From Octopus sinensis (lineage: Eukaryota): DNA of 39,483 nucleotides. The position numbers were made by a program, and so were the translations under genes. Positions 21,551 through 33,248 of this stretch are shown here, piece by piece. Location of the stretch: assembly GCF_006345805.1 (NCBI RefSeq), contig NW_021833400.1, forward strand, positions 1-39,483, read 5' to 3'. The notes under the pieces are model-generated. The model was not told where the DNA came from and ran no database searches. It saw only the letters and a program-made list of their open reading frames with translations. Within the stretch, counting starts at the first letter, position 1; each line of letters begins with the position of its first letter.

Positions 21551-22041
21551 TTGTTTCTTAATGCCCACAAGGGGCTAAACATAGAGGAGACAAACAAGGA
21601 CAGGCAAAGGGATTAAGTCGTTTACATTGACCCCAGGACGCAATTTGTACTTAATTTATCGACCCCGAAAGGATGAAAGACAAAGTTGACCTCAGCAGAA
21701 TTTGAACTCAGAACGTAGCGGCTGACGAAATACCACTAAGCATTTCGCCCGTCCTGCTAACTGCCCAGAAGGGGCTACACATAGAGGGGATAAATAAGGA
21801 CATACAAAGGGATTATATTGACCCCAGTGCGTAAGTGGTACTTATTTAACGTAACGGCAGAACGTAACGGCAGACGAAATACTTGTTTCTTTACTACCCA
21901 CAAGGGGCTAAACACAGAGGGGACAAACAAGGACAGACAAACGGATTAAGTCGATTACATCGACACCAGTGCGTAACTGGTACTCAATTTATCGACCCCG
22001 AAAGGATGAAAGGCAAAGTCGACCTCGGCGGAGTTTGAACT
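21551..22041 (-). mobile_element. Family A SINE trimer, 5'-truncated at the B box
   Basis: Three A1 tails (CCCACAAGGGGCTA-like at about 21564, 21763 and 21896) with intervening bodies. Confidence 0.85.
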
Positions 22042-22231
22042 TGAGCATGCCGAGAACACCTATTCTCGGTAGCCCAAGCCGCCCAAGTATTCATCGACAG
22101 ACCCCCACCACCACCTCGAGGTAAAGGAGGATAAAATCCCCCTCCTCTTCAGGGTCTCTGTCTGCTCTGTCAGTGGCACAACTCCCATTGACAGGGCCTC
22201 ACGCGCCGGCGGCACACATCCCACCGGCGCT

Positions 22232-22273
22232 CAGAAGTAGCTGTGTGGTAAACTTACCACACAGCTACTTCTG
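22232..22273. repeat. Perfect 20-bp foldback of a B-SINE head
   Basis: CAGAAGTAGCTGTGTGGTAA-AC-TTACCACACAGCTACTTCTG. Confidence 0.95.
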
Positions 22274-23690
22274 CGCCTATTGTTGTTGGATATGAAGAAC
22301 GGGTGCGCAAGAAGACAAACAAGTTAGAGTCACCCTTGTTTAGAGCGTCCAAATCTCAGCTACAACAAAATGCCGACGAAGTAGATACAGCGAGACAATT
22401 GTGCGCAAGTTAAACTTATTACTTTACCGCCTCCGTCCATGGTTAGCTGTAACAATAAATAGAACTTAATACTAAGGCCGCAAGTAATAAACCTGATGGT
22501 TCGATTTTTTAAAATATTTTGTTTTTATATCTCACTGCCATAATGCATGCATTCTCTAAACTTTATAAAGTTAGTTAAATATATAATTATAATTAGTCAA
22601 ATAATTTTTTATTTCACAAATTAAATTTAATTGCCATGTAAATTGAATTAAAGAAAGAATAAAAACAATATTGTAAAAATGAATCTTGAAATATAAAAAA
22701 AAATATGTTGCATACTCCTGTAATGAAGGAAGGAAGGCAAGGTGTATGAAATATTTAGTGTTATCACAGCCACTCACAGATAATCACTAACATGCACACA
22801 TACACACATACACGCTCACACACACACACACACATGCGCACACACACTTAAACATGTATACATACACACTAGTAATGAACATGGCATCGCCATTATAGTT
22901 CCGTATGATTTATTAAGTCTATCAAATTAATTTCATGAACCTGTGGATGAGTTCGTAATTGGTCTGAATATTTCCCATCATTCTTTGTAGGAGATTTGTT
23001 TGGTTACTTGTAACAACAACAACAACGAAAGCTGCAAATATGAATATTTTATGCTTTATTTCATGATTTCAGGAAAGTGTGAGTTAGCTGGTTGATAGAG
23101 TATCAAAAATCGGATCAAAGAGACAAGAGTTCAAATCCGATCAGAGTTGCAGTACCATGACGTAAGATTCTACTGTCTTTCATATTTCCTCTGGTTATCT
23201 GAACTTTGAAGAATGTGCTCTGTCTGAAACGTTAGCTATTCTTCTCACCGCGCTAATTTCAGCGCACTCTTTCTGTCACATTTTCTAAGCAATACTAGTC
23301 TTCCTGATGCTGTCCGACACCAGCCTTTTACGAATGTATAGATATATGATCTATAGATATGTGTACACACACATAAACCGAGACAACCAACGGCACGGAG
23401 AGGGGCTAATTTCGTCTTCAACAAATCTGGTTGATTTGTACACCTCACTTCTTTATATGCTTGTAAAAATATATGAATTAACTCTATATTCGTTTTTTGT
23501 CTTCTTCACATGAAATTTGCATCATCGCCAATTACATGTGTGCACGTTCGATTTCATATACATACATATATATATATGTGTGTGTGTGTATATTGTGTGT
23601 GTGTGTTTATGTATGCATGTATGTATGGATGGATGGATAGAAAATCAAATATATATACATATGCATACGTGTGTGCGTGTGTGTGTGTGT

Positions 23691-23732
<42 letters not shown>

Positions 23733-24844
23733 GTGTGTGGGTGTGTGTGATGCATGCGTTTGTGAACAGCAGCGTCTTTGAATATCTGTGATTCCAACGG
23801 GCCTAGAAATGGTTCACTGCTTCCTTCTGATTATCTTTAATGATTAGCTTCGATGTTTTCGAACTATAATTTTCATGAAATGTTCGATGACATCGATCGA
23901 TTGTCTCTTGACTGAATTCTTACACCATTTCCTTTCTCTCTCTGTCTATCGAGGCATATGAACGCCTCTGGGTGAGATTTAAACAAAACTGTTCACCGGA
24001 GCATTACTTTCAGATGTGTTATGTATCAATATTTTGCTGTGCCATCCTGTAGTCACCCACCCCCTGATAAAACTGTAATTACAATAATCCGGTTTCGCTT
24101 CGTGCTTGAGTTATTTCATATCAGCTTGCTTTCCATTTTTAGTATGTTTATTTTTTCGCTTTTTTTTCCCATTTGTATTTTGTTTTCATCTGACACGATC
24201 GTTATTCTCATTGCTGTCAAGATCCAGGTCATCCTTGCTTCAGCCTACCTGCTGCAAAGATGATCTTCTCGTGATCAACCTGTCTTTTTATAACCATTGT
24301 TAGAATCCAGATTTCTCTTTTCTTTCTCAGACATTATCACTCTGACTGCGTTACCTAATATGGGCTTGTTATGTATTTTGTTTCTGTTTTCATATTGCAT
24401 CGTATAATTTATATGAGAATGGAGTTGCAATGTTTAGGAAGTTAAGTAACCACATAGAGCTTCCTGTACTGGTGTCTTTTATGTCTGAAACCTGCTTAGC
24501 CGAGATAAGGACTTCTTCTTGCTCCTTAAATATACAAAAACGAAAGCTAAGAGAATGTGACAGTGCAACTTTGATTTTTATGTATGTACAAGGTTTTCGA
24601 GCAAAATTAGCCAGTTTGCATAAAATATAATTTCTAAAAATCAATAATTATCAACTAGATTATGGCTGGTTTATAACACTTTACTCCTCAGCTTCCACCA
24701 CGACCTCAAGAGGGCTCAAGAACTTTAGCTTTCATCAATCCTGGAATTGATAAATCGAAGAACAAGGCAAATACTGAGATCGATGGCATCCACTAATCTT
24801 TCCCTTTCACATTGCTTGTCTTATACCTCAATCAGAAACCAAAG

Positions 24845-25165
24845 ACGGCAAGCTGGTAGAATCGTTAGAGGCGGACAAACCGCTTTGTATCATTTATTCC
24901 GGCGCTTTAGCGCTCTGAAATCGATTCCCACCAAAACCAAGTTCGGCATTTTGTTCGTTCAGATTGGTAACATAAAGTACGAACGTTGGAAATAAGCTTT
25001 GTAGTATTTCTTCCGGGTCTTTACGTTTTGAGTTCAAGCCCATCCGAGGTCAGCTTTACCTTTCATCGTTTCGGGGACGATAAAATAAAGTACCAGCCAA
25101 GTCGAAGGTACCGACTAAGCGCACCCCGCAAAACTGCTGGTCCTATGCTTCAATCAAAATCTAAA
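24845..25165 (+). mobile_element. Two decayed family A SINE fragments
   Basis: GGCAAGCTGGTAGAATCGTTAG at 24846, and GAGTTCAAGCCC...CTTTCATCGTTTCGGGG...AAAGTACCAG at 25030-25100. Confidence 0.6.
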
Positions 25166-25361
25166 TAATGCGATGAGATCGAAGAATCGCTGGCCGAATC
25201 AGAAAATATTCTTTGCCATTTTTGTTCCAGTTCTTTTGTTCCGGTTCTTTTCAAAGTACATCGCAAATACTGTGCTTCATGTGATCTGCTGACCTCCGCT
25301 CCATAAAATTGTCAGCCGTCAACCACAATTTGAAACCAGTGGTGTTATAATTGGCGACAAT

Positions 25362-25790
25362 AAAGGCGGCGAGCTGGCAGAACCGTTAGCACGCCGGACG
25401 AAATGCTTAGCAGGATTTCGTCTGCCGCTACGTTCTGAGTTCAAATTCCGCCGAGGTCGACTCTGCCTTTGATCCGTTCGGGGTCGATAAATTAAGTACC
25501 AGTTACGCATGGGGTCGATGTGATCGACTTAATCCGTTTGTCTGTCCTTGTTTGTCCTCTCTGTGTTTAGCCCTGTGTGGGCAGTAAAATAAATAGGTAT
25601 TTCGTCTGCCGTTACGTTTTGAGTTCAAATTCTGCCGAGGTCGACTTTACCTTTCATCCTTAGGGTATTCCGATTTTACCTTTCATCCTTCGAGATCAAT
25701 AAAATTAGTATCAGTTGAACACTGGGGTCGATGTGATTGACTCATTCCCCCTCCCACAAGCTGCCGTTGTGGCAAAGACTTGAAATAATT
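25362..25790 (+). mobile_element. Family A SINE multimer running into an older A2 copy
   Basis: Full head, A1 tail, junction at about 25596, a partial second unit, then a diverged body with an A2 tail. Confidence 0.85.
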
Positions 25791-25945
25791 ATTGTCAGCA
25801 ATAGTGATGGTGATGGTGGTGGTGGTGATGGTGATGGGTTTTTTTCCTATACTTATGTAATTTTGAGGATTTTTTTTTTGTATACCGTATTACTAATGAA
25901 GTTACTATCGAAGCTGTACGGGTTATGGATTTTCGTATTATTCTA

Positions 25946-26101
25946 TCAGCAGCAGCAGCAGCAGCAACAGCAGCGACATGATGATGATGATGATCATCAT
26001 CATCATCATCGCCATTATCAATATAATCGTCATCGCTAATGTCGTCTTCATTGTTATCGCCTCACTAATATTATTGCCATCAATAAGGCTACTGCTGCTT
26101 T

Positions 26102-26146
<45 letters not shown>

Positions 26147-26198
26147 AACTACTACTACTACTACTACTACTACTGCTACTACAACTACTACTACTACA

Positions 26199-26246
<48 letters not shown>

Positions 26247-27490
26247 GTCGCTACAGCTGCTGCTGCTACAACGTCTATATCTCGTATTATTGCAATCAAT
26301 TCAACTGCTACAGTTACTACCGTTTGGTGATGGTGATTATGATAATGATGATGATGATGAGGAGGAGGAGGAGGAGGAGGGGGAGGGGAGGAAGGGGATG
26401 GAGAGGAGCAAGGAGGAAGAGGAAGGGCTGGATAAGGAAGTTGTTACTAAAGAGACTGATGATCATCGTTATTTTCCATCCTCATCCCCCCCCCCCATCG
26501 TCATCATGAAAGCGGCGATGACAATAACGACGTGATGATGATGATGATGATGATGTCGGTCACTAAGATGACGATGATGTCGATGATGATGATAATGGCG
26601 ATGATGATGATGATGACGATGATGATTGATGATGAGGAGGAGGAGGAGGAGGAGGATGTTGGCTATGGGGACGTTGATGATAATGGTGGTGATGAGGAGA
26701 AGAATGATGTGTATGATGTTGATAATGATGATATTTATGATGAGTATGATGATCATGGCGACGACGACAACTATGTAATCAATGACAATGTAATTAGGCA
26801 GGTAGTTTTCGGTGCAAAAGCTTGATCTGGTGATGAGGATTGTGTTGGTGATGATGATGCTGACGATGACGACTACGACAATGGTGATGATAGTGGTGAT
26901 GATGGTGGTGATGATGGTGATGATGGTGGTAGTGGTGGTGATGATGATAGTAGTAATGATGATGATGATGCGCAAAATGATAGCCCAGATGATGATGACG
27001 ACGGTGACAATTATGATTATGTTGATGATAGTAATGATTATGATGATGGTGATGATGATGATGATGATGATGAGACGACGACATCGACGACGATGAGGAG
27101 GAGGAGAAGGAGGAGGAGGAGGAAGTGAAAAAAGAAGAGGGAGAAGAAGGAGGAAGAAGAAGAAAGAAGAAGAAGCAGCAGCAGAAGAAGAAGAAGAACA
27201 ACAACAACAACAACAACAACAACAAGGAGAAGGAAAAGAAGAAGAAGAAGAAGAAGAAAAAGAAGAAGAAGAAGAAAAGAAGAAGAAGAAGAAGAAGAAG
27301 AAGAAAGAAGAAGAAGAAGAAGAAGAAAAAGAAGAAGAAGGGAAAAAAGACGCCCATAGCGCCAATGATGGAGATGGCATCGCCGACGTGTACGACGACG
27401 ACGACGACGACGACGATAAGCATCGAAACCGACGTCGACGGCGACGGCCACGACGAAGCAGCCGCCGCCGCTGCCGAAAATACGACGAGA
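25946..27490. repeat. 1.5-kb compound trinucleotide block (CAG, GAT, CAT, CTA, GAG, GAA, CAA, GAC)
   Basis: Read directly; it explains the homopolymer ORFs 25978-27503. Confidence 0.95.
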
Positions 27491-28212
27491 TGATCAATGA
27501 CAATGTAATTAGACAGTCAGTTTTCTGAGCAACAGCTTAATAAACAATTCATCAATGCGTAATATTTCATCGTTTCCTTAACCATCACTGACGATACCAT
27601 AGAAAAGCTGACAGTAACATCGTGCTGCCTCAGGTCAGAGCGTTTCAAATCAGACAAGATAGATTTCCAAAATGACTTCTTCAAATGAAGCATTTATTAT
27701 TTATTAAAACGACACCAGCGCTTTAAAAATATTTTAATGTTTTAGTTATAATATATTACTCAGATTTCATAATGTTCTTAATCTTCTTTTCTCTTTCTTA
27801 ATCTTATTATTTTTCTTGATTTTGTTTTCTGTTTGTGCTTTGTTAATTATGTGTTTTGTAGGGCTTTGCCTTGATTTTTTTTAGGGTGATGCGGTAATGG
27901 TGGTGGTGGTGGTGGTAAGGGGTTAGAGGTTGGATTTTATTTTTTTCAATTTTTGAAAAATATTTGTTTTGGGTTGTATGTTTTGTTGCGTTTTTGTTTT
28001 TGTTTTTTGTTTGTTTCTTGGTCTTGGTGTTAATGTTTTTGTTGTTGTTGTTGTTGTTGTTGTGATTATTGCTGTTGTTGTTGCTGCCGCTGTTGTAGTT
28101 GTTGCTCTTTGTTGTTGCTTGGGTTCCTTGCTTGTTTTGTTTTTTTTTTGTCTTTTAAATTAGGAACGTGGTTTCATATTTATGAAGGTTGAAATGGAGG
28201 AAGCTGGCGAAG

Positions 28213-28260
<48 letters not shown>

Positions 28261-28539
28261 AGAGAAGGAAGGAAATAAAACTGAGAAAATAAAAAGCATA
28301 TAAACAAGGAGAAAAAGAAAGAAAAGAAAAGAAAAGAAAAGAGGAGAAAGAAGCAAGCTACACTGAGAAGAAAATTTTGTAGGGGAACGAATTAACTCAA
28401 GCGACTCTTCCCTTCTACTTCCACTCCCACCCCGCTCTGTCTCTCCCCTCTTTCTCAGGCTTTCTTTCTCTACTTAGCAATGTATCTCACTGTCTGTCCA
28501 TCAATTTATGTTCCGATCAATCGGACTATGTATCCATTA

Positions 28540-28614
28540 ATCTATCTATCTATTCATCTATCTATTTATTTGTGACTCTATCTGTCCGCCTATCAATAAT
28601 TATGTATATCTATC

Positions 28615-28708
<94 letters not shown>

Positions 28709-28977
28709 ACTATCTATTTATCTATCTCTCTATATGTCTGTCTGTCTCTCTGTCAGTCTATTTATCTATCTATCTAACTATTGATCGATCGATCCGTCAA
28801 TTTATCTGACTATCTCTCAAGCTATCTATCTACCTATCAGTCTATCGATCTATCTATCTTTCTGTATCACAATCTATTTAACTATCAATCTATCAATATA
28901 TCTCTCAACCTATGCATCGATTTCTCGATTTATCTTTTTATCTCTCTCGATATATATATATATATATATATATATAA
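28540..28977. repeat. (TCTA)n and degenerate derivatives, then (TA)n
   Basis: Read directly from the sequence. Confidence 0.95.
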
Positions 28978-29185
28978 GTTATAAATAAGGGCAAACGAAA
29001 AAATTTCTAATGCCAAATATGCCGAAATTAGACACATTGTCCATAACCATAAATTTTTCACGATACGCACGCTACTCGAAAAAAGGTCGACAGAAATTTC
29101 TAAAAAATTCCATTATTACCATATCGGACCGATTCCAGGGTTAGTTCATTTTTTCGAAAACATGTTATCCTACATTAAATATATA

Positions 29186-29226
<41 letters not shown>

Positions 29227-29515
29227 ATCAGTCTATCTATGAATCTATCTGTCTATCGCCAGTAAAATGTAATGTTATGTTAATTTATTGAATTTTACGA
29301 TAACGAACCATGATACAGTCTTTCATAGGATGTGAACTCAGAACCATCAAGTGAGTATAATTTTACCCTGAGATCTGAGATCTATTTTTTAGTTTTTAAC
29401 TGCGCAAAATTTACACGCACTCACATGCACACATGCACATACACGCACAAACAAACACACACATTTGCACATACTGACACACACACACAACATATATATT
29501 TATATAATAATGCTT

Positions 29516-29834
29516 TGTTGTGTCTGGGGAGAGCCATTTTCTTTTTGTGCCTTATGATTTAACAAACTCACCGGTAAGATTTTCACTTATTCCTTTTTTT
29601 CCCCTAAAACTTTCGTTGCGTCTTGCAACCTTTTCAATAGTCTTGACTATTAATGATTTGAATTGATGTCGCTAGCATATTAATAACATAAATAAGAGTC
29701 AAGACAAACTGAAAACGTTGCAAGACGCAACGAATATTTCAGGAAAATAAAAATAAGAACTAAGTGGAAATTTTACCGGTGAGAGTGTTAAATTATAAGG
29801 CACAAAAAGATAATTACTCTCCCCAGACACAACA
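29516..29834. mobile_element. Inverted-repeat element, probably PLE-derived, with a variant hammerhead-like core in each arm
   Basis: 29516-29648 and 29697-29834 are reverse complements (e.g. TTCGTTGCGTCTTGCAAC / GTTGCAAGACGCAACGAA and CTCACCGGTAA / TTACCGGTGAG) with a 48-nt spacer. Confidence 0.7.
29604..29640 (-). ncRNA. Variant minimal hammerhead-like motif (U3-A8)
   Basis: CUA-UUGAAAA-G-GUUGC(AAGAC)GCAAC-GAA-AGUU-U/UAG. Stem I is only 3 bp. Confidence 0.4.
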
Positions 29835-30181
29835 GAATATGCTTCAACACACGAACTCACGTAAAGAATCTTGCAAACAAAATCCAAAGACGAAATATAA
29901 TAATGTTTGTCTTTAGATATATATATATATAATTATTTCATTCAGTTTAAAGGATCACGCAATAGTTTGGTGAAGTCGACTACAAGAGTATGTGCTAATT
30001 TCAAAACGTAAAGGTTGATTGCACCTTCGAAGTTTCGGCTACTAAACCTAATCGTGAAAGTTACTGTCAAGTTTTACTTTGCTAAAAACTAACATAGGTA
30101 TATACTAATTCACAAACACACACGCACGCACATGCACGCACACACATGTAATTATATACATACGTGTCTGTGTGCTTACAG

Positions 30182-30250
<69 letters not shown>

Positions 30251-30253
<3 letters not shown>

Positions 30254-30660
30254 CGAGTTGCCAGAAGCGTAAGCACACCGGGCGAAATACTTAGCGGTAT
30301 TTTGTCTGTCGTTACGTTCTGAGTTCAAATCCGCCGAGGTCGACTTTGCCTTTCATCCTTTCGGGGTCGATTAAATAAGTACTAGTTACAGACTGGGGTC
30401 GATATAATCGACTTAATCCGTTTGTCTGTCCTTGTTTGTCATCTCTGTGTTTAGCCCCTTGTGGGTAGTAAAGAAATAGGTATTTCGTCTGCCGTTAAGT
30501 TCTGAGTTCAAATTCCGCCGAGGTCGACTTTGCCTTTCATCCTTCGGGGTCGAATAAAATTAGTACCAGTTACGCACTGGGGTCGATATAATCGACGTAA
30601 TCCTTTCGGAGTCGATTAAATGTCCTCTCTGTGTTTAGCCCCCTGTGGGCAATAAAGATA
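30251..30660 (+). mobile_element. Family A SINE dimer between (TA)n tracts
   Basis: GGTATTT occurs at 30296 and 30479 (183-bp period); junction AAAGAAATA|GGTATTTCG. Confidence 0.9.
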
Positions 30661-30834
30661 TATATATAGATAGATAGTAGATATATATATATATATATAT
30701 ATATATAGGCAGAGGTAAAGAATGCGCACACCACCCGTTTTTGGCGTAACCCTACTCACAACCGAAACCCTAAGCCTAAACACCGAAAACGCGTGGTATG
30801 CGTTTTCCTTACCGTTGCCTCTCTTTATATATAC

Positions 30835-30880
<46 letters not shown>

Positions 30881-30881
<1 letters not shown>

Positions 30882-31139
30882 CGACGACGGAGGTTCCAGT
30901 TGATCCGATCAACAGAACAGCCTTCTCGTGAAATTAACATGAAAGAGACTGAGCACTTCACAGATACGTGTACCCTTAACGTAGTTCTCGGGAAGATTCA
31001 GCGTGGCACAGAATGTGACAACGCTGGTCCTTTGGAATCAAGTACAACAGAAACAGGAAGAAAGAGTGAGTGAAAGCTGTGGTGAAAGAGTACAGCAGGG
31101 TTCACCACCACCCACTACGGGAGCCTCGTGGAGCTTTAG
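30881..31139 (-). mobile_element. Family F SINE fragment (E-type central domain with F tail)
   Basis: 31065-31139 matches 32845-32925 in reverse; 30881-31040 matches 7578-7720. Confidence 0.75.
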
Positions 31140-31239
31140 CTTCCACACGCACGCACACACATGCACACACATACACACATACACACACACACATGCACAC
31201 ACATACACACATACACACACACACACCACCCACACACAC

Positions 31240-31275
<36 letters not shown>

Positions 31276-31315
31276 TACACACACATACACATGAGTAATG
31301 AGCAAACGAAAAATG

Positions 31316-31393
31316 TGACGCTCAGCACATTTGACAGAAGTTATATGTGTTATAAGTAACACATATAACTTCTGTCAAATGTGCTGAGCGTCA
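31316..31393. repeat. Perfect 37-bp inverted repeat with a 4-nt loop
   Basis: TGACGCTCAGCACATTTGACAGAAGTTATATGTGTTA-TAAG-exact reverse complement. Confidence 0.97.
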
Positions 31394-31979
31394 GTTCGAC
31401 TCAGACCATGGAGCTCAAAGATTCGTAGGATAATCAAAGGAGCCTGTCTCGTCAATCCGAATAAGACAAGTTTATAATGGCTTCAAGATGCTAGGCTGCT
31501 GTTGATCAACGCGGGTTTTACGTTGTTACTAATATGCTAGCGAAATCAATTCAAATCTCTAATTTCCAAAGGACACGTGCTAGGACTAAATGTTTCTGAG
31601 TAACCGGATGAAATGCTTAGTGGCATTTCGTCTCTCTTTACGTTCTGAGTTGACTTTTCTCCGGAGTCGAGTTTACCATTCTTACTGTCGGAGTCGCTGA
31701 CATAACTACGATGTGAGAACTGCTGTTTATACAATCCACTTTACACCCTCTGTCAAAATGTTGGTACTTGGGTCTGTATTAGCTCGAATTATAATCTCGA
31801 CATTGTGTATGTATATATGTATATATATATATATACACATATAATAGGCCCCTGGAAGGGATCCTTATATATCACCAAGGGAAATAACCCATTCATTTAC
31901 CTAATTTATTTGGTAAAAATTGAATTTGATGGGCATAGAGCGGTACGTAAACCGACTCAGAAAATTTCTAGTGAGACTT

Positions 31980-32040
31980 TTTTATTGATGTACCCGAAGA
32001 GACCCAGAACGGGGCGAAACATGTGTCGTACCCAATAAAA
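31980..32040 (+). ncRNA. Type I hammerhead ribozyme motif with a U4C core variant
   Basis: GUAC-CCGAAGA-GACCC(AGAAC)GGGGC-GAA-ACA(UG)UGU-C/GUAC. Stem I extends via UUUUAUUG/CAAUAAAA. The GUC cleavage triplet ends at 32027. Confidence 0.65.
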
Positions 32041-32188
32041 TCTTTTATTCATTCCATCTATTTTATTTAGACTGTAACCCCAACCGCCACTCCGAAGTTC
32101 CTGCAATAAATCTACGGATAGCAACAGCTAATCGATACTGTACCCGTGCTTTACTCATCATCTATTTATACATTTTGTATAATTTCTC

Positions 32189-32233
<45 letters not shown>

Positions 32234-32327
32234 TATATAGATCAATAAATGGTGGGGTTGTGTTGACCGCACGTGGAGAAATGATAAGCAATGAAAAATT
32301 GTAAAAATGCAGAAATATATATATAGC

Positions 32328-32602
32328 TGAAGGCACATGGCTCAGTGGTTAAAGCGTAAGGTCCACAATGATTACAGTACCAGGCTGTGTGTTGTGTTCT
32401 TGAGCAAGATTCTTTATTTCATGTTGCTCCAATTCACTCAACTGTAGAAATCTGTTGTAACATCACTGTTGCCAAGCTGTATGGGCCTTTGCTTTTCCTT
32501 TGGATAACGTCAGTGGCGTGAGAGGACAAGCTGGTATGCTCCGGAGGGGGAAATTCTAGGCGCAGTCCCTGGTCATTCCTAACCGAAGAGGGTTTTTACC
32601 TT
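32328..32602 (+). mobile_element. Family G CORE-like tRNA SINE
   Basis: TGGCTCAGTGGTTAAAGCG A box, GTGTTCTTGAGCAAG core-like motif, flanked by (TA)n. Confidence 0.7.
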
Positions 32603-32626
32603 GTATATATATATATATATATTATA

Positions 32627-32674
<48 letters not shown>

Positions 32675-32675
32675 C

Positions 32676-32730
<55 letters not shown>

Positions 32731-32738
32731 TATATATA

Positions 32739-33031
32739 GGGAAGCGCAATTGCCCAGTGGTTAGGGCAGCGGACTCGCGGTCGGAGGATCGCGGTTTCGA
32801 TTACCAGACCGCGCGTTGTGTGTGTTTATTGACCGAAAACACCTAAAGGCTCCACGAGGCTCCGGCAGGGGGTGGTGATCCCTGCTGTACTCTTTCACCA
32901 CTCTTTCTCCTAATCTTTCTTCTGTTGGCCTGCTCGCTTAGCCAGCGGGGTGGCGTCGTTCGAAGGCTAAAACAATGCGAACGCATTGTGACCAGCGATG
33001 TGTAGCAACATCTGATGGTCTGGTGATCACG

Positions 33032-33033
<2 letters not shown>
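32739..33033 (+). mobile_element. Full-length family E tRNA SINE in (TA)n
   Basis: A box TGCCCAGTGGTTAG, B box GGTTTCGATTACC, and a 3' hairpin end shared with 4641-4699. Confidence 0.85.
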
Positions 33034-33066
<33 letters not shown>

Positions 33067-33084
33067 TATATATATAAGACGTGT

Positions 33085-33248
33085 TTATTTCAGTTTCCGT
33101 CTACGAAATACTCAATTCACGCATAACACCTTCGTCTGCCTGGGGCTACAATAAACGACATTTCTTTCAAAGTGCTGCGCAGTGAAACAGAACCCACGAT
33201 CTCATGGTCGGGAAGCAAGCTACTTAACCACACAGCCATACTAACGCG
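33085..33248 (-). mobile_element. Decayed family B SINE, 5' half
   Basis: TTTCAGTTTCCGTCTAC...GAAGCAAGCTACTTAACCACACAGCCAT. Confidence 0.7.

Noticed and set aside
21551-22041. Regularly spaced repeats as a CRISPR-like array
   Set aside because: The units are whole SINE monomers of about 180 bp with no unique spacers, in a eukaryotic context with no cas genes.
22115-22156. Minus-strand CTGAAGA followed by a GGAGG/CCTCC stem
   Set aside because: There is no GAAA after the stem, so it is not a hammerhead.
23800-24310. Possible decayed retroelement or exon sequence (ORFs 24021-24263 and 24106-24303)
   Set aside because: Only a weak KRNRII-like resemblance, stops in all frames and no ordered motifs.
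25978-27503. Long ORFs (up to 344 aa) of poly-K/E/S/H/M/L
   Set aside because: They are stop-free only because they run through trinucleotide repeats. They are open on both strands and contain no complex domain.
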